Translations under genes and position numbers: made by a program | Source of the DNA: a virus | Reading direction: 5' to 3' (one strand) | Virus record (IMG/VR): IMGVR_UViG_3300046010_005562 | Length of the DNA: 64,000 nucleotides | The notes under the pieces: model-generated | Told to the model about the DNA's origin: nothing | Database searches by the model: none | The model's input: only the letters and a program-made list of their open reading frames with translations | Part shown: positions 38,563 to 49,357 of the stretch, piece by piece | Layout of the letters: the number at the start of each line of letters is the position of its first letter | How positions within the stretch are numbered: position 1 is the first letter of the stretch

Positions 38563-39500
38563 TATACAAACTCCACATCATTTGCAAGTTCTAACAAAAA
38601 ACACATTAATTGTATTTCTTGATCAGCAACAAAAGAACTTTGAAATTGATATCTACCAACCAATAAAATTAATTGGGGAATATGAAATGGTTTAACAATA
38701 GAATGCATTCCATCATATATCTTACGATATATCAAACTAACATCATTATCAAGACTAGAAACTACCCATTCACGAATCTTAGTAATATCTTTATCTTTAA
38801 GATAAACAATTAGTTCTTTTAGTTGAATATCTCCTACTTGAGTAAGAATACCAACATCAATAGACCCATTTACAGAGTATCTCTGTAGTTCATTCAACAC
38901 TCTCCTATTATCAGGAAAATATTTAGTTATGAAATTAGCAAGAACTTCTTTATTATATACAATATTTTCAAGATCAAGAATATTACAAACTCTCTTGAAA
39001 AACTGAGCCAATAGTTTACTCTTTTCTCCTTTATCAATACCAAAATTAATTACAGAGCATCTTGAATGAATTGGTTCCATGATCTTATTAGCATGGTTAC
39101 AAGTCATAATGAAAGTGCAATTTTTAGCATATAACTCAAGAAAGCTTCTAAATGCTAACTGAAAGTTTCCAGTTGTAGCATCAAACTCATCAAGAATAAC
39201 TACCTTTCTTCCTCCTGTAATAGAAACAGATGTAGCATATGATGTAATTTTAGTCCTTAACGTATCAATACCATTCTCATCTGAAGCATTAATAAAAAGA
39301 TAATCACAACCAACATCCTTACAAAGAGCCTTTGCGATGCTGGTCTTACCAACACCAGCACCACCAACCAAAAGGAGATTAGGAATCTCCTTTCGTTCTA
39401 CATATTGTCTAAAAGTCTTTTTTATTTTTTCAGAAAGAATGCAATCTTCAACGGTTTGTGGTCTGTATTTTTCAACCCAAAGAAAATCAGTATTATGCAT
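38562..39500 (-). CDS. 44: Clamp loader ATPase (gp44)
   Basis: WVEKYRP, GGAGVGKTS, ILDEFD, SRC. Confidence 0.97.
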   Translation of the reverse strand: MHNTDFLWVEKYRPQTVEDCILSEKIKKTFRQYVERKEIPNLLLVGGAGVGKTSIAKALCKDVGCDYLFINASDENGIDTLRTKITSYATSVSITGGRKVVILDEFDATTGNFQLAFRSFLELYAKNCTFIMTCNHANKIMEPIHSRCSVINFGIDKGEKSKLLAQFFKRVCNILDLENIVYNKEVLANFITKYFPDNRRVLNELQRYSVNGSIDVGILTQVGDIQLKELIVYLKDKDITKIREWVVSSLDNDVSLIYRKIYDGMHSIVKPFHIPQLILLVGRYQFQSSFVADQEIQLMCFLLELANDVEFV

Positions 39501-39506
39501 AGTATA

Positions 39507-39791
39507 TTAAGAATTAGAGTTAGAAGAAATACCTTCATAAAAGAGTTCAAACTCTTCATTTTCAGTTTGTTGTTCAGAAAAGTTTTGCTTATGATAAGTC
39601 TTAGCTATCTTGCGAATAATCTTCTTAGGAATCTTCAACTCATCATATACATGATCAATAATACTCTTCATAGTATCTTTCTGAGCCTCCATCATTGTCA
39701 TAACATCAGACATTTCTCTGATACTCTTCTTCAATTTATTGAGTTCTTCTTCAGAAAAAGTTCCAAAAGTAGATGATACTGCATTTCCCAT
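39507..39791 (-). CDS. dsDNA-binding protein (T4 DsbA-like)
   Basis: IPKKIIRKIAKTYHKQNF...E.FE.FYE. Confidence 0.65.
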   Translation of the reverse strand: MGNAVSSTFGTFSEEELNKLKKSIREMSDVMTMMEAQKDTMKSIIDHVYDELKIPKKIIRKIAKTYHKQNFSEQQTENEEFELFYEGISSNSNS

Positions 39792-39805
39792 AATATAATC
39801 TCCTA

Positions 39806-40507
39806 TTAATTGTATGTGCTGTTAGTTTCAAGGGTGATCCAATAATTAACCTTCCCATCTCTATCAGAGAACTTTGAAATTCCCTTTGATGAAATCTCTA
39901 CCAAATAAGTTTTTGGTAGAATTTTAAGATGATCGCTTTTAAATATCAATTTAAATACATCTCCATTTGGATTACTATCAGGAAGAATCAATGTGTGTGT
40001 AGGTGCAGAATTTACTTCCGCATCAAACGAAACTAGTTTAATTTTATCACCATCAGATTCTACTGAAATGTTAGGAGACTGTAATACATTAGATGCTTTA
40101 ATAATACGTTCAAAATCATTCTGATCTAATACAAATGAAATATCAGGAGATACAGAAGGTCGTTTCGACTTGTTGATGATCTCCTGATTTTTATCATCAT
40201 ATATCAAAGATGGAGCATTGTAAATATAGTTGATTTGAGATCTTCCATCAGAACCTTTAATAATAACATGTGTATCAGTAAACTCAAGATCAGCAGTTCC
40301 ACCTTTAAACAGAGATATTACCAATAGAAAATTACTCAAATCAAAAATTCCAAAATCCATTGGAATATCTTCCTCAATAAAAGCTTCCGCAAGAATATTA
40401 CGTTGTGCTGAAACTGAAGATACTACATTACCTTTTTTAAACAAAATCCCATTATTAATTGAAGAAAAATTCTTCAAAATTGTAAGAGTGTCATTAGAAA
40501 TCTTCAT
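39806..40507 (-). CDS. 45: Sliding clamp (gp45)
   Basis: TLTILKNFSSIN, FGIFDL, YWITLE. Confidence 0.95.
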   Translation of the reverse strand: MKISNDTLTILKNFSSINNGILFKKGNVVSSVSAQRNILAEAFIEEDIPMDFGIFDLSNFLLVISLFKGGTADLEFTDTHVIIKGSDGRSQINYIYNAPSLIYDDKNQEIINKSKRPSVSPDISFVLDQNDFERIIKASNVLQSPNISVESDGDKIKLVSFDAEVNSAPTHTLILPDSNPNGDVFKLIFKSDHLKILPKTYLVEISSKGISKFSDRDGKVNYWITLETNSTYN

Positions 40508-40535
40508 CTTTTCTCCTTAATCATAACAAAAACAC

Positions 40536-40564
40536 ATGATACAGCATAAATCCAATTTAGTCAA
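40536..40564 (-). promoter_or_regulatory. Sigma70-type promoter upstream of gene 45
   Basis: TTGACT-17 bp-TATCAT. Confidence 0.7.
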
Positions 40565-40827
40565 TCTTTAAGAGATGTGGCACTCAAAGCGTTAGTTTCT
40601 TCTATCCTCATTGACTTCCAACGTTCAAGAGACACAATAGCCTCTTGAACATCTTTTTCAATATCTTTATGTCCTCTCCCTCCAGCAACGAGCAATTTTT
40701 TAATTGCATGTTGAATACAAGGATCAGTTACATTAAAAATATCTAATACTCTATAAACATCTACATAATCATAAGGAACTTTTTTATAATAATGTGAATA
40801 TTTTTCATTCATATTACATTTCACCAA
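40561..40827 (-). CDS. Conserved phage hypothetical protein
   Basis: DVYRVL...HAIKKLL.AG.RG.KD. Confidence 0.65.
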   Translation of the reverse strand: MVKCNMNEKYSHYYKKVPYDYVDVYRVLDIFNVTDPCIQHAIKKLLVAGGRGHKDIEKDVQEAIVSLERWKSMRIEETNALSATSLKD

Positions 40828-41611
40828 TATAATTAGCTACCGCTTGTAAATTTCCACTAAAGATATAACTACCAATATGAGACAACTGCATCCACGGAGC
40901 AATCCATACCTTAACTCCAATCTTTCTCATTTGATGACAATTGCAATAATCTTCTGATAAAGTTCTACGAGATTCTGGATCAATGAACACATTAAAGAAA
41001 GAACAAATTTCTCTTTCTCCACCAAAATGAGCTTGACCAACATGATCTGGCTTATACATATATTCTGGATATGCGTTTTGGAACTTTTCAAATACTTCTC
41101 TTCTATACATACAGAATCCAGTACCTACTTCAGAAACTTCCAAAGGTTCTTGAATAGAAAATCTTTGATTTCCACCAACTGGGTTAAATACCATCGAACC
41201 AACCAATTTAGGATATTCACTAACTGGAAGATCTTTATTTTTAAGAATAGCTTTATTAAGCTGTCCCCATTCAATAGATTTCTTCGGATAAGGTCCACCA
41301 ATAATTTCCTTATCAAGAGCAAGCATTGCAACAATATCTTGTGGATTGAATCCAATATCAGAATCAATAAACATCATATGGGTACAATCTGAACGATTCA
41401 AAAATTCATCTGTAATATAATTTCTTGCTCTTTGAATCAAAGATTCATTAAATAAGAAACTGAATTTAACTTCAACTCCATATTGTATTAAAAGTGCTTG
41501 TAGATCCAAACAAGATTTCATAAACATACCGCAACATTGACCACCATACATAGGTGTTCCAATAAAAAGTTTCTTCTTTCTCAATTCTTCAGTTGAAATC
41601 TGAATTTCCAT
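40814..41611 (-). CDS. GT-A fold glycosyltransferase-like protein
   Basis: TPMYGG, ESLIQRARN, FIDSDI, GTGF, SEDY, HIG. Confidence 0.75.
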   Translation of the reverse strand: MEIQISTEELRKKKLFIGTPMYGGQCCGMFMKSCLDLQALLIQYGVEVKFSFLFNESLIQRARNYITDEFLNRSDCTHMMFIDSDIGFNPQDIVAMLALDKEIIGGPYPKKSIEWGQLNKAILKNKDLPVSEYPKLVGSMVFNPVGGNQRFSIQEPLEVSEVGTGFCMYRREVFEKFQNAYPEYMYKPDHVGQAHFGGEREICSFFNVFIDPESRRTLSEDYCNCHQMRKIGVKVWIAPWMQLSHIGSYIFSGNLQAVANYIGEM

Positions 41612-41622
41612 ATTTTCTCCTA

Positions 41623-42714
41623 TTACACGTTATAAAGTTCATTTTCTGTTCTGTTATACCATTTTCCTCCAACAACAGCAAAGTCGCTGGTGGTATCAAC
41701 ATATTCAAATACTGTAGATTTCTTTTGAATATCATGATGACTAATCATAAATCCTGTTGACCATCTTTGAGCTTCGCAATAACTAGCCCTACGAATATGA
41801 CCCGCTCCTAACTGATGCCATTCATAAGCACCGTAATTAAGATTATGTAATGTTTCACTTTTATGTGAATGATGGTGTCCATTACATCCAGGAATTCCAT
41901 ATTTCTTTCCTTCTGGATAATGATGGAATAGAATAGAATCAAATTTTATCAAATAATTCTTTTTCAATTCCTTCTTTAAGTCTGATTCAGTGAATACTGT
42001 TAGGTCTTCTCTAGAAATATAATTAATTTCAAACCTATCTAAACCAAGAAGTTTAGAAATAGTAAACCCATGAAGATCGCTCAATAGAACCATAATATTA
42101 GGGCTTGATTCTGATAAATGACGTAACAATCTATGTTCGTGATTTGCTGAAATGTAATTCAATTCAGCGTCTGGTAGAATTTCTCTAATTTCTCTAAAAA
42201 ATTCATGTACACAATCAATTCTTTCTATTAACTTATATGATCTTGGATCATTAAAATACTTAGAAAACTCAGGAAGATCAAAATGATCTCCACCAAAAAC
42301 AATAACTTCAGGTTTAATTCTTTTCAAAGTATCAAGATATACTCTTCTAGTAAAAGGATCAAAGCTTAAATCATGAGTATCTGTAATAGTTACAATAGTT
42401 TGAAATCTTTTAGAATCTGGTCTAAGATACTTTCCTTCATATGAAGCTTTTTCAACATTCATATCTCTAAGTTTATCTTTAGATGAATGTTTAGAAATTT
42501 GACTTAATATTTTTGATTGATGATCTGTTAGATCTAAACCAGCTTGGGTTTTGAATTCGGAAAAAGTCCCAAAATAAGAACTCCACCAATATTCAGGACA
42601 TTGAGAATTTTTCCTATAAAAATCTCTTGTAATTACTTTATCTGAACAAGCTTCAGCTAATTCTATAAAATCTTTTAAACATTCTTCACGAGTCCATGTT
42701 TTACTCTTACTCAT
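41623..42714 (-). CDS. Calcineurin-like metallophosphoesterase with an N-terminal helical repeat
   Basis: TDTHD, GGDHFD, ANHE, GHHH. Confidence 0.8.
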   Translation of the reverse strand: MSKSKTWTREECLKDFIELAEACSDKVITRDFYRKNSQCPEYWWSSYFGTFSEFKTQAGLDLTDHQSKILSQISKHSSKDKLRDMNVEKASYEGKYLRPDSKRFQTIVTITDTHDLSFDPFTRRVYLDTLKRIKPEVIVFGGDHFDLPEFSKYFNDPRSYKLIERIDCVHEFFREIREILPDAELNYISANHEHRLLRHLSESSPNIMVLLSDLHGFTISKLLGLDRFEINYISREDLTVFTESDLKKELKKNYLIKFDSILFHHYPEGKKYGIPGCNGHHHSHKSETLHNLNYGAYEWHQLGAGHIRRASYCEAQRWSTGFMISHHDIQKKSTVFEYVDTTSDFAVVGGKWYNRTENELYNV

Positions 42715-42732
42715 ATTATTTTCTCATAGTTT

Positions 42733-42740
42733 TATTTATA
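42733..42740 (-). promoter_or_regulatory. T4-type late promoter
   Basis: TATAAATA in the intergenic region. Confidence 0.6.
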
Positions 42741-42758
42741 ATTTATACAATCTACATT

Positions 42759-43349
42759 TTACATTCTCTGTTGAGCAATTAAGTTTCTGGCGTATCGTTT
42801 CATATACTTTTCACGTTTTTTAAATCCAGAATTTAAAGCCAATGGTTTTGCTAGAGTATCAAAAGTAATTCCATTAAGATGATCTAATTCATGAAGAAAA
42901 ACTCTAGCACTAATTCCATCAAGATTGCTAGTATGTTTAACACCCTCAAAATCTTGATATTCTATTGTTATACTTTTAGATCTTTTAAGTCCAAGAACTA
43001 AAAATGGGAAAGATAAACAACCTTCTTGCATCATAACAGACTCATTAGAAGTTGACACTAGCTTTGGATTGAATAATGTAATATATGTATCAGCATAACC
43101 AATACATATAACAGAATAAGGAATCCCACATTGATTTGCGGCCAATCCAAATGCTTTATGTGTTGAAATAGTTTTAATTAAATCTCTAGACAATTTAGAG
43201 GCTTTTTCCAATCCTTCAGTTTCAAATGAAAATTCTACTGTTGGAGTTTTAAGAATAAGATCTGTTTCTGGTACTAAACTTAGTATTTCCCCAGAATCAA
43301 CTTTCATAGTTGTTGGGTTTGAAGTATCAATTGTAATAATTTCGCTCAT
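42759..43349 (-). CDS. def: Peptide deformylase
   Basis: GLAANQCG, EGCLS, HELDH. Confidence 0.95.
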   Translation of the reverse strand: MSEIITIDTSNPTTMKVDSGEILSLVPETDLILKTPTVEFSFETEGLEKASKLSRDLIKTISTHKAFGLAANQCGIPYSVICIGYADTYITLFNPKLVSTSNESVMMQEGCLSFPFLVLGLKRSKSITIEYQDFEGVKHTSNLDGISARVFLHELDHLNGITFDTLAKPLALNSGFKKREKYMKRYARNLIAQQRM

Positions 43350-45070
43350 TGAATCACCTTTAATCTAGAAAAATTCTTAACCATTTCAAACTTTAACGCT
43401 CTATCGAACCTATCTTTAATCTCTTCACCTTTAGGTGAAATTACAAATATATTTGTATTATAATCTAAATCTCCTAACATGTCAAGAAATAAATCTATTC
43501 CTGGTTCATCAAAAGATCCATCTACAATTTCATCCATAAAAAGAAGATTACAATCTACACTATTTTTCATTTTAGAAATATCTCTAAATGCAAATAAAAG
43601 AGCTAAGTCTATTCTTAATTTCTGACCTTCTGAAAAATTATTGTATTGAAATTCATCTCTATGTCTTGATTTTATAACTTCTTCAAAGTTTTCATTTATA
43701 TTAAAATTAACAAAAAAATTAAGTTTAGATAGATATGTGTTTATTCTTTTATTAAGAATTGGAAGATATTGTTTTATTATCTTAGTTTTAATCCCACCAT
43801 CTTTTAATAATGTTGCACAATATTCAAGATATTTTTTATCCTCACTTAATTTTTTTTGTTGAGAAACAAAAACTTCATATTCAAAAACTAAATTTCTAAG
43901 TTTATTAATATCTTCTTCAGAAACTACTGAGCATCCTTCTATATTTTCAATCTCTAAATTCAAATTTTTAATAAAATCTTTATATGAATTTATTTTTGTA
44001 TTTATTTTTGTTATTTCATTATTATGATCTATGATTTTATCTGAAATGTCAGATATTTCATTTAATCTACCTTCTAAGGTATATATCTCGTTTTTTAACT
44101 TAACATATCCTTCTTCTAGTTTTTCTTTTTTTGATTCTATCGAAGTTACATTTTCTTTTTTAAATTCAGGTAATATTACCTGTTTGCAGGTAGGACATGA
44201 ATCATTGCTACTATAAAAATTTAGTTCTTTTGTAAAATTAGAAATATTATTTTCTAATTTAGCTTCCATCTGAATAAGTTTTTGTTTTTTACTACTGGAA
44301 GAAGTTTTATCCAATATACTATTTTGCAATACTTTTACATGTTGTTCTATTAACACAACATCGCTATTTAATTTTTCAATTTCATTTTCATATTTTTTTA
44401 CAGATTCTTTCTTTTTTAAAATATGAGATTCAGAATTTTTCTTTATTTCTTTTATTAAATTATTTTGACTATTAATCTTCTCTTTATGAACTTCTATATT
44501 AGATTTTAATTCAGACAATGAAGATTTTATATTACTTACTTTTTCCTTAACCAACACATTCATAGATGAGAATATTTGAATGTCTAATAGATCTTCAATA
44601 ACTGCTCTACGATCAGCAGCAGATAGCTGCATAAATGGAGTATATCTAGCAGAACCAAGAATATCTACTTGTATAAAAGATTTATAATTCATTTTAAGAA
44701 TATTAATTTCGAGATATTCTTGATAGTCTTTATTAACTGCATCTTGAGTTAAAAGAACATCATCTATATAAATTTCAAATATATTAGGTTTCATCCCCCT
44801 AATAATTTTATAATCTTTACTACCAATACTAAATTCTATTTCAACCAAACAATCTTTTTTGTTTATTGAATTAGGTATGTTTGGTTTATTTATTTTTCTA
44901 AATGCTTTTCCAAATAAAACATAAGTCAAGGCACAAAGAATCATGGATTTTCCATGACCATTTAATCCAAAAATAATTGTTTTATTATGTGAATTTAAAT
45001 CTACTTCTATATATGTGTTACCAGAAGATAGAAAATTTTTAAATTTTATTTTTTTAAATACTAATCTCAT
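43346..45070 (-). CDS. 46: Recombination ATPase (gp46, Rad50/SbcC-like)
   Basis: GLNGHGKS, CPTC zinc hook, FSEGQ, MDE. Confidence 0.96.
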   Translation of the reverse strand: MRLVFKKIKFKNFLSSGNTYIEVDLNSHNKTIIFGLNGHGKSMILCALTYVLFGKAFRKINKPNIPNSINKKDCLVEIEFSIGSKDYKIIRGMKPNIFEIYIDDVLLTQDAVNKDYQEYLEINILKMNYKSFIQVDILGSARYTPFMQLSAADRRAVIEDLLDIQIFSSMNVLVKEKVSNIKSSLSELKSNIEVHKEKINSQNNLIKEIKKNSESHILKKKESVKKYENEIEKLNSDVVLIEQHVKVLQNSILDKTSSSSKKQKLIQMEAKLENNISNFTKELNFYSSNDSCPTCKQVILPEFKKENVTSIESKKEKLEEGYVKLKNEIYTLEGRLNEISDISDKIIDHNNEITKINTKINSYKDFIKNLNLEIENIEGCSVVSEEDINKLRNLVFEYEVFVSQQKKLSEDKKYLEYCATLLKDGGIKTKIIKQYLPILNKRINTYLSKLNFFVNFNINENFEEVIKSRHRDEFQYNNFSEGQKLRIDLALLFAFRDISKMKNSVDCNLLFMDEIVDGSFDEPGIDLFLDMLGDLDYNTNIFVISPKGEEIKDRFDRALKFEMVKNFSRLKVIQ

Positions 45071-46098
45071 TCAGATTCTAACCTAACAGCTTCTTGATAT
45101 AAAACTTCCATTATTTTTTTCAATTCTTGAGTATCAATATCTTTATTTTTTATCCCATCAATATATTTGTTCATAATAGTTATAGTATCCTGTGTTTCAT
45201 CTACTGAATCTTCATCTGAAGATAAATCAACAACATCCTCTACTACAGTATATCCAGCAGGATTTACTTGATCTAAATGATCTAAAAATACTTGAAATTC
45301 ATCTGTTCTACTACTAACAGAAACTTTTAAATAACAATTAGTATATTTTTCCAAATTTGAAAAATCAATAGAATCATCATATCTTATTTTATAATAAGTT
45401 TTATATGGATTTTCTATAAATTCTATAGTTCTAGTTTCTGTATCAAAAATATGGAATCCTTTAGGATCTTCAAAATCTTGCCATGTTAATTCATAAGGAG
45501 TTCCAACATAAAATATATTTTCTTTGTGTGATTTGTGATGGTAATGACCAGAAAACACATATTCATATCTAGAAAACATTTTAGGATCTAATCCATCTTT
45601 ACATTCAACACCTCTATACATAGAAAAGTTTTGAATTTCAAAATGTCCCATACAAACCAAAGATCTTGAATTTGATATATAATTCAAACATTCTAATTCA
45701 TTTTCTTTACAAATCCAAGGAATAATATCTATTCCATTTATATTTGTAGGAGAATCAATAATCGTTATATTATTATATCCACTTAATAATAAAGTAGATG
45801 AATTTATAGATAAAGATTCTCTATAAAATATATCATGATTTCCTATCAATGTATATAAATGTATTTTATTTTCTACTAAAGCATCAAAGAAATAAGATTT
45901 TACTCTATCTACTGAATATAGATGTGCTGCTTTACGATTATCCCAAAGATCTCCTAATTGGAATATTGTAGATATTTTATTTTCTACTAAATGCGGGATT
46001 AAAAATTCTGAATAAAATTTCTCGAAATGATCATGAAAAATCTTACTATTACCACGAGCACCAAAATGAGTATCTCCTAAAATACAAATTTTACTCAT
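45067..46098 (-). CDS. 47: Recombination nuclease (gp47, Mre11/SbcD-like)
   Basis: GDTHFG, GD, GNHD, SGHYH. Confidence 0.96.
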   Translation of the reverse strand: MSKICILGDTHFGARGNSKIFHDHFEKFYSEFLIPHLVENKISTIFQLGDLWDNRKAAHLYSVDRVKSYFFDALVENKIHLYTLIGNHDIFYRESLSINSSTLLLSGYNNITIIDSPTNINGIDIIPWICKENELECLNYISNSRSLVCMGHFEIQNFSMYRGVECKDGLDPKMFSRYEYVFSGHYHHKSHKENIFYVGTPYELTWQDFEDPKGFHIFDTETRTIEFIENPYKTYYKIRYDDSIDFSNLEKYTNCYLKVSVSSRTDEFQVFLDHLDQVNPAGYTVVEDVVDLSSDEDSVDETQDTITIMNKYIDGIKNKDIDTQELKKIMEVLYQEAVRLESE

Positions 46099-46648
46099 CA
46101 AAATCATCCATAAATTTTTCAATTCCTTTCTGCTTTGAAATCTTAATTTTCTTATCTTTCATTGTATTTTCAAATTGCTCTATGAATTCATATAGATTAT
46201 CATATATTTGAATTTGACTAAGAATTGATTCATCCAAATCTTCTAATTCTTCTTCTCCTAGAACTCCAAAATTTTCTGCTGCTTTATATTTAACATATTG
46301 CTGTTTCTTTTCTTTTTCTATTCTTCTTAAGAAAGCATACCAAATAATTTTGGTAAAGTAGGCAAAAGGTTTATCATATTTAGTTGAATCAAAATTATGA
46401 AAATACATTAAACAGTTTTCAACTGCATCTAGTATCATTTCATCCTTATATGAATAAGAATAAAAATTTGGTCTTTGTGCTAACCCTGTTGCTATTTTTA
46501 AAAAACACTCCCCAATATAATTGGGGATTCTAGGTTTAGGGAGTTTATTTTCTTTTGCATCCTGTAGAAGGGTTTGATATTCTATTAGTGCTAAAGTAAA
46601 ATCTTCATTATTTATATAGTTATGCTTTTTCTTTGTTTGATCTGCCAT
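46091..46648 (-). CDS. 55: Late sigma factor (gp55)
   Basis: NYINN, YIGECF.KIA, PNF..YSY..EM..D, PFAYFT. Confidence 0.95.
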   Translation of the reverse strand: MADQTKKKHNYINNEDFTLALIEYQTLLQDAKENKLPKPRIPNYIGECFLKIATGLAQRPNFYSYSYKDEMILDAVENCLMYFHNFDSTKYDKPFAYFTKIIWYAFLRRIEKEKKQQYVKYKAAENFGVLGEEELEDLDESILSQIQIYDNLYEFIEQFENTMKDKKIKISKQKGIEKFMDDFDE

Positions 46649-46681
46649 TCCATCTTCTCCATAATTAATTCCATATTATAT

Positions 46682-46710
46682 ACTATATCACAAATTCATA
46701 AATTAATCAA
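46682..46710 (-). promoter_or_regulatory. Sigma70-type promoter for the gene 55 operon
   Basis: TTGATT-17 bp-TATAGT. Confidence 0.6.
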
Positions 46711-46723
46711 GTTCAAAAAGTTC

Positions 46724-46752
46724 TTGACTTTTTTTTAGTTCTGGTGTACTAT
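46724..46752 (+). promoter_or_regulatory. Sigma70-type promoter pointing antisense into uvsW
   Basis: TTGACT-17 bp-TACTAT. Confidence 0.55.
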
Positions 46753-46774
46753 ATATCTGTAGTCCGATGATAAT

Positions 46775-48277
46775 CTAATTTAACTTTATATTATATAATT
46801 TATAATTAAATTTCTCTTGATTGTAAAATTTAATTCTTTCTAAAAAGTGTATAACTGCAAAGTTCTGATAGCTATCAGTAGAAAGATCATCTACAATATC
46901 ATATAAAGTAGCATGATCTTTATCATTATTCAATCTTAATATTCTACCTATACTTTGTAATGTTCTTATTCTAGACTTAGAAGGATGAGTAAATATTACA
47001 TTATGTAAATTTTTTATACTTACTCCTGTTGAAAATACACCATTAGAAGCAATTATTATAGCATTTTCTTCAGATTCTACTATTGATCTTATAGATTCTC
47101 TATCTTCTATTTCTGTTTTTCCATGAATGAAGAATACTTTTCTATTTCCAATTAACTTACTATCCTTAATAAGATCATATAATATTTTACCATGAGACTC
47201 TACTAATTGAAACAATAGAAGAGTATTTTTATTCATACTTATAGCTAAGTTTTTAATAAAAATATTTCTATGTTTATTTGATATTATATATTTTATTTCC
47301 TCTTGATATTTAAGTTTTTGTTTTCTGAATTTATTACAAATATCTTCATCATATTTTAATAATAAACATTTTATCTTTAAATCAGTTGCTTGTTTCTTAT
47401 CAATAAGTTCTTTTGTAGAAGATATTCTTATAGGTTCTCCAAATAATCCAGTAAGAACATTTTCATGCGTTTTACTACCTGATAAAGTTCCTGTCATTCC
47501 TATTTTATATATAGAATTTGTACAATTGTTTATTATGTCTGATATACTAGATGCTTGTGCAAGATGAACCTCATCATTAATAACAAAATCAAATTCTTCA
47601 AAAAAAGATTTATTTTCTATGTTATGAAGACTTTGCCAAGTAGATATTATAATAGGTTTATTTGAACTTTTTTCTTGCCCAGAAAATATAGTATGTACAT
47701 TATCATAAACATCCCAATCTGTATTAGAAGAATAATCTTGGAAATCTGATTCCAATTGACTACATAAAGATACAGTTGGAACTATTATTAATCCTTTTTT
47801 ACATCCATGTTCTATTAAATATCTAGATATTAGGTATGCTATTAAACTTTTTCCACTAGAAGTAGCACTCAATAAAATATTTCTTTTTTGTTTTAATGCT
47901 AAAAATAATCCTAATACTTGATAATCTCTAGCTGTTATCTTTTCTCCTTTAGAATGAATATTAAGATCTTTTATATACTGTTTAATACTATCAGTATCTA
48001 ATTCTTCTGAGGAATTATCATAACAAATTTTATATGAATACTCTCTTTCTTTGCAGAATTTTATTAAACGATTAATTAATCCACAAGGAAGTTCCTGAGT
48101 ATATGCAGAGAATACTCTTATAATACCATCCCAAACTTTGGCTTTATATTTAGGATTAAATTTATAACCAGGAACATAAAAAGAAAAGTAATCTGAAAGT
48201 TCTTGAGCAACTCCACGAGAACATCTTATTTTTAAAAAACTTTCATTTTTTTTATGTATTTCTATATCAAAGTTCAT
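46775..48277 (-). CDS. uvsW: UvsW helicase
   Basis: WDG, RDYQ, ATSSGKS, DEVH, GMTGT, QSIGRILR; TAATG overlap with uvsY. Confidence 0.96.
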   Translation of the reverse strand: MNFDIEIHKKNESFLKIRCSRGVAQELSDYFSFYVPGYKFNPKYKAKVWDGIIRVFSAYTQELPCGLINRLIKFCKEREYSYKICYDNSSEELDTDSIKQYIKDLNIHSKGEKITARDYQVLGLFLALKQKRNILLSATSSGKSLIAYLISRYLIEHGCKKGLIIVPTVSLCSQLESDFQDYSSNTDWDVYDNVHTIFSGQEKSSNKPIIISTWQSLHNIENKSFFEEFDFVINDEVHLAQASSISDIINNCTNSIYKIGMTGTLSGSKTHENVLTGLFGEPIRISSTKELIDKKQATDLKIKCLLLKYDEDICNKFRKQKLKYQEEIKYIISNKHRNIFIKNLAISMNKNTLLLFQLVESHGKILYDLIKDSKLIGNRKVFFIHGKTEIEDRESIRSIVESEENAIIIASNGVFSTGVSIKNLHNVIFTHPSKSRIRTLQSIGRILRLNNDKDHATLYDIVDDLSTDSYQNFAVIHFLERIKFYNQEKFNYKLYNIKLN

Positions 48278-48717
48278 TAAGCACCAGCTAAGAATTTTTC
48301 CCACTCGATATAACTTCTCAATTCCCAATTTCTATTCTTTATTTCATTTAATATAGATTCAATAGAATATGATACTTGATCGTGATAAGCTTTTTTCTGT
48401 AAGATTTTATTTAAATCATCGTCTGCGGATATATATCTATCTATATTTCCCTTAGATCCTAGTTTAAGATCAAATTGTTCCCATCCATAAGTATTTAAAG
48501 TTTCTTCATCAAGATGTCCAAGATAATATTCAGTTTTAATATTTTTCATTTTATCATAATTACTTTTGGTTTTTATAGAAGCTAATTTATGTTCGTTTAA
48601 TATTTTCAAATATTTACAATGTAATAATGGAATATTTAACAATTCGCTGCTTATGTTTGTTCTATCTATAATACAATCTACTTCCCACATTTCATTAACT
48701 TCTTCAATTGTTTTCAT
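48277..48717 (-). CDS. uvsY: Recombination mediator UvsY
   Basis: W..D..ID, IP.LH.KY, EYY.G, IEW.KF..G. Confidence 0.9.
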   Translation of the reverse strand: MKTIEEVNEMWEVDCIIDRTNISSELLNIPLLHCKYLKILNEHKLASIKTKSNYDKMKNIKTEYYLGHLDEETLNTYGWEQFDLKLGSKGNIDRYISADDDLNKILQKKAYHDQVSYSIESILNEIKNRNWELRSYIEWEKFLAGA

Positions 48718-48742
48718 ATTATAATCACCTCAAAAATATTTA

Positions 48743-49267
48743 TCACCTATTTATATGGAATAAGTGATAGTTAAATGTTGCTGTTGCTGTAACAACTGTT
48801 TCAGAACTTTCTTTTGTGCTAAATTGTATTTCAGATAAAGATACTGGAAATAAATTAGCAAAATGTATAGAGAGTTTAGGATTATTTAGACCAGATAAAA
48901 TAGTAATAATTGCATCACAATATTGAGGAGTATCTAAATTTAAAGAAGATATTTGTCTATTCATTAATTTATATTCTTCAAAAGAACAAGGAAATCCTAT
49001 TCCCTTCATCCATTCATATATAACTTGATATGACCACATTTCTTCATCTATTATAAACTCTACACGCAATTCTCCAAATTTTATTTTATCTCCTGGTCTA
49101 GGAATGTCAACAAAAGGAGATGTTTGTATAACAGGCTCAACTAATAAACTTGGTAAAGAAAATGATTGCAAAAAATAAGTCATTGTGGTAATCTTAGGGA
49201 ATACCATTTGAAATTTAGTGGGTTGTAAATAGTTTGTATTTTGTGGGTTTCTGTTTAAAGCACTCAT
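48743..49267 (-). CDS. 3: Tail completion/sheath stabiliser (gp3)
   Basis: NYLQPTKF, PGDK, FIIDE, FPVSLS. Confidence 0.88.
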   Translation of the reverse strand: MSALNRNPQNTNYLQPTKFQMVFPKITTMTYFLQSFSLPSLLVEPVIQTSPFVDIPRPGDKIKFGELRVEFIIDEEMWSYQVIYEWMKGIGFPCSFEEYKLMNRQISSLNLDTPQYCDAIITILSGLNNPKLSIHFANLFPVSLSEIQFSTKESSETVVTATATFNYHLFHINR

Positions 49268-49357
49268 ATTTTTTCCAAAAGTTGTTTTTACTATTTATGT
49301 ATGCTTTTATATTAAAAAATAATAAATACATAATAAAACACATTTAAGAGGAGTTTC

